Assembly: GCF_028641065.1 (NCBI RefSeq)
Contig: NC_073379.1
Location: 40,362,001 to 40,426,000, forward strand
Source: Leucoraja erinacea
Lineage: Eukaryota
Direction of reading: 5' to 3'
DNA length: 64,000 bases
Shown: in pieces, positions 54,040 through 64,000 of the stretch
Position numbering within the stretch: the first letter of the stretch is position 1
Layout: each line of letters opens with the position of its first letter
Notes under the pieces: model-generated
Told to the model about the DNA's origin: nothing
The model's input: only the letters and a program-made list of their open reading frames with translations
Database searches by the model: none
Translations under genes and position numbers: made by a program

Positions 54040-54320
54040 ATTGTTTAATTCAGAGATACAGCGTGGCAACAGGCCCTTTGGCCCACCGAGCCATCGCCGA
54101 CCAATGCTCACTCATACACTATCCTGCACAATAAGGACAATTTACAGAAGCGAATTATCGTAACCTACAAACGTCTTTGGAATGTTGGAGGAAACTAGAG
54201 GACCGGAAAAAACCCATATGATCACAGGAAGAATGTACAAACCCGGTACAGACAGCACCCCGAGTCGAACCAAGGTCTCTGGCGCTATGGCTGCAACTCT
54301 ACCGCTGCGCCACTGTGTCA
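54040..54320 (-). mobile_element. V-SINE (HE1-like)
   Basis: gagatacagcgtggcaacaggccc...gcaactctaccgctgcgccac, similar to 39338-39629. Confidence 0.85.
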
Positions 54321-54699
54321 CCTAATCGTGGAGAAGGATGAGGACTTACCCGTTTTTCATGCTCAATAATGCATTCAACAATTTTAGGGGACGAATAATC
54401 CATATTTTTTTGTTTAAAAAAAATGTCATATCTCCAGCATTCCTAAGATTTTTGTCAACTTAATCGCTCCAACCTTCCATTCGTAGATCTTTTAGTTTCT
54501 TCTCTGCTCCCCATCCTTAATTCTGTGCATTTTCATACACATTATGTCTAATCACTTTCCAGTTTCAGTGAGTTTTTTTCCAACATATTTTGTTTAGTTT
54601 ATTACATAGCTACATATGTTTTGCGCACTCTTTCTTTTTTTTTTTTAATTTGTCACTAACATGAATAAGACAGAGTTTAGTAATAGCTCCATGTAGACC

Positions 54700-55925
54700 C
54701 ACCCTTGGTGGCAGGGTGGGTTGTAAAGAAGATGTAGAGAAACTTCAGGGGTATGCAATCTGGTAAGAAAATGGACAATGATGTGAGAGTTGGAATAAAA
54801 TATGTAAAAATGTGAAGTCAACCATTTTGGTAGAAGAAACAGGTAACGTTTCGGGTGGGAACTGTACAACACCTAGCTGGGAAGAGGGTAAGACCATTCA
54901 AGGACAAAGAAGGGAATTTAAACCTGGGCGAGAGTAAATGGGCAAAGTGCTAAAAGAGTATTTCACATTGGAATTCACCAGAGAAGAACATGGAGAATAG
55001 CGAGATCAGGAAGAGGTATGCTGATATTCCCGTACATATTGATTTCAATAAACTGGAGGTGTTGAGGCTTTTGGAGACATTCATTAATGTTCCCAATGCC
55101 CGATAGGATCCATCCCAGGTTATTAAGATTGGCAAGAGAGGAAATTGCTGGGGTCTTTGCACCCTCTTCAGGCACAAACGAGGTCCCAGAAGAGTGGAGA
55201 ACAGCCAATGCTGTTCTTTGTTTAAGAAAGGCATTAAAGACAAACCAGAAAATTATCAACTAGTGAGTAGGGAAATTATTGAACATTTTTAGGGATAGCA
55301 CCTACTGACATCTGGAAAAGCATAGATGCATTAGGGAGAGTCAGCATGACTTTGTGCAGGGTCATGTATACAAAATTGAGTTTTTCGGAGGAGATGACAA
55401 AGATGATTGATGAGACTTGGGCAGTGGACGTGGTCTACATGAATGTTAGTAAAACATGCAAGACAAGGTCTGGCATGGTAGGCTGATCCAGAAAATTAAG
55501 GCATATAGGATCTTGATTCGATTGAAGTCAGAACTGGCTTACTCATAGAAGAGAGTGAGTTGTGGTGGAAGGCTGCTATTCTGTCTGAAGGCCTGTGAAC
55601 AGTGGTTTCTGCAAGAATCACTGTTGGGATTTCTGTATATGTAAAGCAATTTTGGATGAAATTTTAAGCGGACTGACACAAAACTACAGATGACACAAAA
55701 TTTGCCAGAGTTGTGGATGGTGAGGAAGATTGTGAAAGGTTTCAGCAATATATGGACCAGTTGGAAATGTGGGTGGAAAAATGGCAGATGGCATTCGTCT
55801 GACAAAGTGTGAAATGCTGCATTCGGAAGGTCAAATGTAAGAAGAAAATGGATAGCAAATGGCAGAACCCTTAGGTGTACTGATGCACCTTGTCATGCAA
55901 GTCTATAACTTTCTGAAAATGAAGA
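54700..55925 (+). mobile_element. Old CR1 LINE RT fragments
   Basis: ggatccatcccagg, tggagaacagccaatg, agtcagcatgactttgtg, gcagtggacgtggtctacatg, gatgacacaaaa, tggcagatgg. Confidence 0.75.
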
Positions 55926-56246
55926 TAATGGGCCTGTCCCACTTAGGCAACATTTTAGGCAACTGCAGGAGACTATGCAGTCGCCACATGTTAGCGGGTG
56001 GTTGCCAGGGAGTCACATTCATGGTCGTGAGGAGTTCCCGGATTCTGGGAACTAGTCATGGCCTCATTATGGTCACCGTGTTGAAAAAAGTAGCGGCGAC
56101 TAAAATGAAGCCGCCATGGAGAGTAGCGAGAATTCTCGAGCCGTAGGTGGGTCAGGTCCTATTAGGTTGCTAGGAGGTCAGAGGTTCTCGTAGGTTGTAG
56201 CCAGTGCTGACCGGTGAATTGGCTCATTGGGAAAAAAAAAAGGTAA

Positions 56247-58560
56247 AGCGCCTGTTCCACTTCCGCGACCTAATTCATGACCTTTTTTACTCGTGGACAT
56301 TTTTCATCATACAGGTGCACAACCTTTTATCCGAAGATCCAAATAACGAAAACCTCCGAGTAGCGAAAAAAATTTCGGTCCTTGAAGAAAGGTCCTTGAA
56401 AACGTTCACCGAGGGCGGCCCGCAGAGGTGACAGCGGAACCTCCGGTCGGTCCTCGAAGAAAGGGGAACTAAATCCCCATTCATAAAAGAAAAGGTGAGG
56501 GTATATTGCGCGGGAGGGTTAATAATTGACAATATGCTGCTGCCTGTCCGAGATCCCAGAGACCCACAGCCAGCAGCAGCCCAGCCCCGTTCCAACTCCA
56601 GAGGAAAACTGCAAACTGACCGGAGACGTCAGGACCACCAGAAGACGTTCCCCGAGCTGTGCCCCCTCATCGGGACACCGACCCCCAGGCCCACTGCAAG
56701 CACGGAGATCCCAGATCAGCAACTCCAGCCCAGCCCCGCTCCAACTTCAGAGGAACACGCTCCCCGTAGGGGCAGAAGCTGATGGTGTGCAAGGGCCGTC
56801 GTGTTCTTGGGGTGGCGCAGCTCGGGCTGTGGGCGAACTGCCACTTGTTGGCGTAGCGGCCCATCGGGGAGCGGATTTTTATTATTTATTAGGGGGATTC
56901 AAGAATCCTAAGCTAGGCCGCCTATGTATCGCGAGTCTACCGTGGGAACTCTAACTCAGCAGGGAGGCAGCAGCAGATTGTCGCTCCCTTCAGTTTCCCA
57001 GCGACAGTCACCTGCCACGGGAGAGAGATCATGCACGGTTGTAGGTCTCCTTTGCACGTCCGTGTTTCTGTCTTTCTCCACTCATTGTTGGCCCCATCTG
57101 TCACCACCCCCATCTACACCCCTCTGCTTCCCGGCCATGTGTGTGACCCATTCCCTCCCCTCTCCAGCTCCCCGCTCATTGCACCGGCGCGGGGGCTTTG
57201 TACTGTCTTCTCGTCGGCGATGGCAGCAGATCGGTGCGAGTCACCGGAGACGTCAGGACCAATTGGACGTCGACCACCAGGCCCACCGCAAGCACGGAGA
57301 ACCCAGAGACCCACAGCCAACAGCAGCCCAGCCCCGCTCCAACTACTTAGGAACCTGGGTTGCGGATGACGGGGTGCAGCTCGGGGCGTCGTAGGGGCCC
57401 ATCGGGGAGCGGGTTCCTGTTGGTCCTGACGTCTCCGGCCACCTGCTATCCTCCGGGAACTGTACCGCCCTTGCAGGAGAGTGGGGTTGTTTGCAGTTGC
57501 AGAGGGAGGGGGCAAGGGCGGTACAGTTCCCAGTCTCAGCTCCAGTCCAGGGGGGTGGCCGGAGACGTCAGGACCAACGGGACTGTGACCCCTCAGGCCC
57601 ACTGCAAGGACGGAGATCCCAGAGACCCACAGCCAGCAGCAACTCCAGCCCAGCCCCGCTCCAACTCCAGGGGAACACGTAGGGGCAGAACCCGATGGTG
57701 TGCAAGGTAAGTCTTGGGGTGGCGGATGAGGAGGCGCAGCTCGGGCTGTGGGCAAACTGCCACTTGTCGCCGTAGCGGCCCATCGGGGAGAGGATTCCTC
57801 TGGAGTTGGAGGGGGAGGGGGGTATTGTGCTGTTTGATCGCCCCCTGCTATCCCAGGGACAGGGAGACACAGCGGCGTTTTAGGCTGGTGGGCAATCACT
57901 TCCAAAGTTCTGCCCACACAGTCAGTACACCTCTCCTACACTGCATTTCATACAAACATTTATTCTGCAAGAAAAAACTACATTGAAGACTCAAACTCGC
58001 GACCGAGTAACTGATAGGATCGAGGCACAAACTCGCGACCTAGTTCGGGGATTCAAGAATCCCCGAGCTAGGCAGCCTAAGGGCACGTAGCCCCGCTAGG
58101 GTGACATGAGTGCGAGAGGCGATTCAATGCTGCAGGCACATTTACAAATTGAGGAATTCATTCAACACACTGCATTTCATACAAACATTTATTCTGCAAA
58201 AAAAAACCTACATTGAAGACTCAAACTCGCGACCGAGTAACTGCCGGGATCAAGGCGCAAACTCGCGACCTTGCGGATATGAGCCGAGCACTCTACCACT
58301 GAGCCAGCCATTAAAATCTACGCTAAAAAATTTCCATTCCGAAGACCGACAAATTCTGAATTACGAAAAGTGCCTGGTCCCAAGGCTTTCTGATAAAAGG
58401 TTGTGCACCTGTACTAGAAAAACGCCCCGACCTACTTCATGCCGCGAGTACCTACGACTAGCATCACGACCTACCTACGACCTCGTGACCATGCTACGAG
58501 TATGTCAAGGGCAAACTCGGCAGAGGTCGTGAATTAGGTCGTGAAAGTGGGCCAGGCCCT
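56247..58560. mobile_element. Second Harbinger-type MITE nested in the first
   Basis: TAA|AGCGCCTGTTCCACTT...AAGTGGGCCAGGCCCT|TAA. Empty site visible at ~40020. Confidence 0.85.
56312..58411. mobile_element. Non-autonomous TA-targeting (Tc1/pogo-like) element, innermost
   Basis: TA|CAGGTGCACAACCTTTTATC ... GATAAAAGGTTGTGCACCTG|TA, perfect 20-bp TIRs. GC-rich repeated interior. Confidence 0.9.
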
Positions 58561-59939
58561 TAAGCAGTAGTTTTCAGAACCAAGGATGACTGACCGGTAA
58601 TGTTAAATGTCCGCCGAGCTACACAGCCGTGTATCTCTGGCTTCTTAAAAGTAGTCCCCACTCCTTCTTCCCCCTTCTCATCCCTCTCCCCCCTCTTTTA
58701 AATGACTTATCAGCACCAACCTTCCTGTTCTTCGCTGTGTGTCTGTATCACCTTGGCTTTACACCGTGTGAATATTTTAGACAGGGCAAACGGGGGGGGG
58801 GAAAGTGCTGTCTAAAAAATTCACACGGGCTGGTGAAGGAAGCGATGTGTTTGTGTGCGTGTGTTCCACTCTGACAGTCGCCGTTCCAGTTCCCGGGTTT
58901 TCAGGCGACTGCCGAAAAATTGCCTAAGTGGAACAGTCCCATAAGGAACTAAGGCATGTCCCCAATAACATACCAATTTCTACAGATGCACCAAAGAAAT
59001 CATCATATTGTGGATGTTGCCCAGTCAATCTTGATAATGTGCAACAGTCTAAAGAAACCAACTGAATCTGTATCAAATTCATGGCAATGTTTTCAAATAG
59101 CATGCAATGAGTTATCAAGTGCAGTTACTGGTGTCAATGCAAATAGAGGAGCAATTTGCATAGGCAGCATATTGTGGGCCCGAATAAGTGAGTTCTTTGT
59201 AAGAGCTATAAGTTGATTAGAATATAAAAATCGCACCTATTCTTAAAATAACAACCTTTACTCATAAACAAGGATCAAGGAAAGAGCGTTTATGTCACGG
59301 CCCTGTTTTCACCAATCTTTCCACCACCCCGCACTAGAAGCACAAGACAGACATCGTTGTATGCAGATGCTGAGAAGTATGTTCAGCTCTGGCTGAACAA
59401 CTTCTAATCTTGTGTGTGGACTCGATAAGAATACTTATTAACAAATTGATTGGCAAATTGACTTCAGACATGAACATCAACTTTTATTTACCAATGAAAT
59501 GGCTTGAGGTGCTCAACATTAAAGGTGCAGAAAGTCATCACTACTAGTTGGTAATTTTATTATTGTATGTAGAGAGTATTACATTTAGATAAAAGTCTAG
59601 ATGATCCCTATTTATTACTTTTTTTGTCTTCAAAAACATTCAACCGAAACCAAGACTTTTAAACTCAGAATAAATGCACAAATAAAGATTTAAAAATACT
59701 ATCTTCACTTTAGATGAAGACAGTGATCAAACGACAAAGAAAGATATTGCCTGCATTGAAGATCAGAACATTAAAAAAGACACTCACCTATATTTTTCCT
59801 GAAAAACAAGTGCAGAATATTACCTACAAACAGTTGTAAAAAATTGAAATTGTGAATTAAGTTCCATTATTTAATTCACGTTAATCAGCGTCCTCATGGT
59901 AAGATAGCTATGCCATCTGCTGGGGATAACTGAAACATC

Positions 59940-60035
59940 AGAACTTCTGCATCACTGACTGGGTATAAATGAAAGGTAGACAAAAGAACCTTCTGCATCA
60001 CTGACTGGGTATAAATGAAGGTAGACAAAAGAACT
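59940..60035 (+). repeat. ~46-bp tandem duplication
   Basis: agaac(c)ttctgcatcactgactgggtataaatgaa(a)ggtagacaaa, two copies. Confidence 0.95.
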
Positions 60036-60659
60036 CCGAGTTCACTGTAATTAAAATCATTTACAGCACAGGATGCATTTCAATCCAACTGTCAACGCAA
60101 ACATTTATTTCCCAAAGATACGCATCTCCACCCTAATTTACCTATTATCATCGCATCTTTTCATCCTTTCTCTTTCAAGTACGCATCTACACTATTCATT
60201 GTAAACACTTCCTGTTGTACTAAGTACCTTGTTCTGAGCAACCTCCTGCAAAGTTTTTCCCTGAACTCTGTAATGCATATAAAATTTTAGAAAATTTATA
60301 GTATGGTCATCCCCTTATTTTTGTGTCAGTTGAAAGACAAACCCAGTACCAAGTCCACACCCTAGAGGTCATGGACTTCATGTACATAGCCGGGTACAGG
60401 TAGCTGTGTGCCACACACGTATATATTATACAAATTTGCTATAATTTGATTGATTAATTAAGGAACACTTGTTGTTTTACACGGGTCGAATTGGTTATAA
60501 TTCAATTTTTAATTGCAAATATTACTTTTGAAATTGCCAAGCAGAAGAAAGCTGTCTTTAAAAAAAAGCCATGAAAAAAATAAAATTACACTTATTAAAA
60601 AGATTTTTTTCTGAAAATTCTGTCAGAAACTTTGTTTTAGTAAGTCGGACACCAATCCT

Positions 60660-63292
60660 TTTCCCCAAAGACCCATCATTTATTTATTTGCCTCCGAGCA
60701 CCACAATTTGAGATTTGTAATACAAAAGAAATCACATATGGTTAAAGTGCACATTGTTCAAGTTCAAGTGAGTTTTATTGTCATGTGTCCCTGTATAGGA
60801 CAATGAAATTCTTGCTTTGCTTAAGCACACAGAAAATAGTAGGCATTTACTACAAAACGGATAAATGTGTCCATATACCATGATATAAATATATACACAC
60901 ATGAATAAATAAACTGGTAAAGTGCAAATAACAGAAAGTGGTTATTAATAATCAGAGTTTTGTCCGAGCCAGGTTTAATAGCCTGATGGCTGTGGGGAAG
61001 TAGCTATTCCTGAACCTGGTTGTTGCAGTCTTCAGGCTCCTGTACCTTCTACCTGAAGGTAGCAGAGAGATGAGTGTGTAGCCAGGATGGTGTGGGTCTT
61101 TGATGATACTGCCAGCCTTTTTGAAGCAGCGACTGCGATAAATCCCCTCGATGGAAGGAAGGTCAGAGCCGATGATGGACTGGGCAGTGTTTACTACTTT
61201 TTGCAGTCTTTTCCTCTCCAGGGCGCTCAAATTGCCGAACCAAGCCACGATGCAACCGGTCAGTATGCTCTCGACTGTGCACCTGTAGAAGTTAGAGAGT
61301 CTTCCTTGACAATCTGACTCTCCGTAATCTTCTCAGGAAGTAGAGGCGCTGATGAGCTTTTTTTAATAATTGCGTTGGTGTTCTCGGACCAGGAAAGATC
61401 TTCAGAGATGTGCACGCCCAGGAATTTGAAGTTCTTGACCCTTTCAACCATCGACCCGTTGATATAAATGGGGCTGTGGGTCCCGTCCTACTCCTTCCAA
61501 AGTCCACAATCAGTTCCTTGGTTTTGCTGGTGTTGAGGGCCAGGTTATTGCGCTGGCACCATATGGACAGTTGCTCGATCTCTCTTCTATATTCTGACTC
61601 ATCCCCATCAGTGATACGCCTCACAATAGTGGTGTCGTCAGCGAACTTGATGATGGAGTTCGCACTGTGGTTCGCCACGCAGTCATGGGTATAGAGTGCA
61701 TACAGCAGAGGGCTGAGCACGCGGCCTTGAGGTGCTCCCGTGCTGATTGTTATCGAGGCTGACACATTTCCACCAATACGAACAGACTGTGATCTGTGGA
61801 TGAGGAAGTCGAGGATCCAGTTGCAGAGGGATGCGCAGAGACCCAGTTCTGCGAGTTTGTTAACCAGTTTGGAGGGGATGATTGTGTTAAATGTCGAGCT
61901 GTAATCAATGAATAACAGCCTGACATATGAGTTTGGAGAGTGGAGGGCCAGCGAGATCGCATCCACCGTTGATCTGTTGTGGCGGTATGCGAACTGCGGT
62001 GGGTCCAGGTTTTTGTCGAGGCAGGAGGTGATTTGCTCCATGATCAACCTCTCAAAGCACTTCATCACCACCGGCGTTAGTGCCACTGGTCGATAGTCAT
62101 TGAGGCACGTCACCTTACTCTTCTTGGGCACCAGATTTTATTAAAGGATATTTTCATACATTTTGATTTCACCATGTAGAAATTACAGCTGTGTTTATAC
62201 ATTAGTCCTCCCATTTCTGGGCACTATAATGTTTGGGACACATGGCTTCACATGCAATTGTAATTTCGTCTTCGGGTGTGGATTTTTTCAATGACCACTG
62301 TCCGCAGAAGACTTCATGAACAGAAACGCAGAGGCTACACTGTAATATGCAAACCACCGGTTAACTGCAAAAATAGGATGGCCAGGTTACTGTTTGCCTT
62401 AAAAGTACTTAAAAGAGAAATCACAGTTCTGGAAAAAGGTCTTGTGGACAGATGAAACAAAGATTAACATATCAGAGTGATGGCAAGAGCAAAGTATGGA
62501 GGAGGGAAGGAACTGCCCAAGATCCAAAGCATACCACCTCATCTGTGAAACATGGTGGTGGGGGTGTTATGGCCTGGGCATGTATGGCTGCTGAAGGTAC
62601 AGGCTCACTTATCTTCATTGATGATACAACTGCTGATGGTAGTAGCATAATGAATTGTGAAGTGTATAGATACATCCTATCTGCTCAAGTTCAAACAAAT
62701 GCCTCAAAACCCATTGGCCGGCAGTTTATTCTACAGCAAGACAATGATCCCAAATATACTGCTAAAGCAACAAAGGAGTTTTTCAAAACTAAAAAACGGT
62801 TAATTCTTGAGTGGCCAACTCAATCACCTGATCTGAACCCAATTGAGCATGCCTGATATATATGCTGAAGAGTAAACTGAACGGTACTAGCCCCCAAAAC
62901 AATCATAAGCTAAAGATGACTGCAATACGGGGCCTGGCAGAACATCACCTGAGAAGATATCCAGCAACTGGTGATGTCCATGAATTGCAGACTTCAAGCA
63001 GTCATTGCATGCAAAGGATATGCAACAAAATACTAAACATGACTACTTTCATTTACATGACATTGATGTGTCCCAAACATTATGGTGCCCTGAAATGGGG
63101 GGACTAAGTATAAACACTGCTGTAATTTCTACATGGTGAAACCAAAATGTATAAAAATGTCCTTTATTAAAATCTGACAATATGTACTTTAACCACATGT
63201 GATTTTTTTTCTATAAAAAAACTCAAATTGTGGAGTACAGAGGCAAATAAATAAGTGGTGGGTTTTTGTCCCAAACATTATGGAAGGCACTT
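60660..63292 (+). mobile_element. Tc1 (DD34E) transposon, internally deleted, left TIR split by a LINE
   Basis: WTDET, VKHGGG, QQDNDPK, WPTQSPDLNPIE (62445-62856). TIR sequence matches the 11418/17317 family. Confidence 0.93.
60758..62131 (-). mobile_element. Rex1/Babar-type LINE 3' portion nested in the Tc1 TIR
   Basis: 279-aa ORF with [30 protein letters not shown]. (ttcaag)n tail. Interrupts gtgcacattgt|cagatttt. Confidence 0.93.
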
Positions 63293-63765
63293 TAAAAAGT
63301 GCCCAAACATAATGGAACATCTCAAAGCCACTTGCAAGATGGTGTTCCAACAAAACTATGCAACATTTGGCACCAAGCTACTTCCAGCTTGGTCTAAGAA
63401 GTAGGCTTGAAGGAAAGTAAATATGAAGGAAGTCAGAGTTGACGAGATGGATAGTTTAAGATAAGAAATTTTAGAAATTGTGTTCCATGCAGCTGAAAGT
63501 AGTCATCAGCAGAAAAGCATTTAAAAATGGGAGCGAATTAGGCGCCACAATTGGAGAGCAGAAATCCAACGGTAAGGCTGGAAGTTGTGAAAATGAAAAA
63601 AATGGGAGAAAAAATGGGGAAGAATATGGAAACACGGATAAGGATCTTAAAACTGAGATGTTGTGGTAGCACGAGTAAATATGAGCCCACCAAGGTATAA
63701 CCAGTGGATAGAATGTTAGGTGACATAGGCGGCAGAGTTTTGACAGAACACAAGTAGACATGTCA

Positions 63766-64000
63766 TAGGTATGTTACAAAACCTACCTGAAGCGTCATTG
63801 AAAATCTACCCCAGGCCGTGTGTGCGATTTTGGCGCTGTTTAGAGGGGGCGGGTTTAAAACGCGATTTTTACTAGGCTGTTGCAATCGAAAATGTTCAGC
63901 CTAGTAAATCATTAACGAAAAATCGCTGAAAGACCCCGTCGCAAAAGGTAATATTAGTTTTTATGGCCTTGTATAATAGTTATAGTAGTTTAAAAATCAC
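63766..64000. mobile_element. Terminus of a DNA transposon related to 36005-36932
   Basis: TAGGTATGTTACAAAACCTAC matches the inverse of 36912-36932. CpG-rich subterminal sequence. Runs off the window. Confidence 0.55.

Larger units (their letters stand above)
55929..58941. mobile_element. Harbinger-type MITE (outer), same family as 39706-40245
   Basis: TAA|TGGGCCTGTCCCACTTAGGCA ... TGCCTAAGTGGAACAGTCCCA|TAA. Confidence 0.9.

Noticed and set aside
54350-54443. Minus-strand ...SMKN-GG|GTAAGT as SMC5 exon 1
   Set aside because: Strong donor and correct phase, but the upstream residues (IIRPLKLLNALL) do not resemble FxEGSIVRIxMENFL. Exon 1 is more likely beyond 64000.
56495-57986. Cluster of long ORFs up to 267 aa
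   Set aside because: GC-rich repeated modules within a non-autonomous transposon. No domain motifs, and open in many frames.

Overview
Eukaryotic, repeat-rich vertebrate DNA, most likely from a cartilaginous fish (skate/ray-like, inferred from HE1-type V-SINEs and CR1/HER1-type LINE tails). The backbone is the SMC5 gene on the minus strand. Seventeen coding exons (equivalents of vertebrate exons 2-18) lie between 53590 and 6070, with GT-AG boundaries and consistent phases, except exon 15, which is truncated. Three more exons are visible but indel-ridden in the noisy first 600 bp. Exon 1 was not found and probably lies beyond 64000. Exon numbering and protein comparisons rely on my recollection of vertebrate SMC5, not on an alignment. 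The introns carry decayed transposons: CR1, Rex1/Babar and Tx1 LINEs, Penelope-like elements with hammerhead-like motifs, V-SINEs, Tc1, Harbinger-type MITEs, non-autonomous Helitrons and a Gypsy fragment, several in multi-level nests with visible target-site duplications (TSDs). The first ~5 kb looks like low-quality or mis-assembled sequence, and there is a 171-N gap. I see no convincing new multi-gene system. The best leads are the truncated exon 15, an intact-looking hammerhead motif, tandem Helitron ends, and a small NLS plus Tudor-like ORF in an unclassified DNA transposon.
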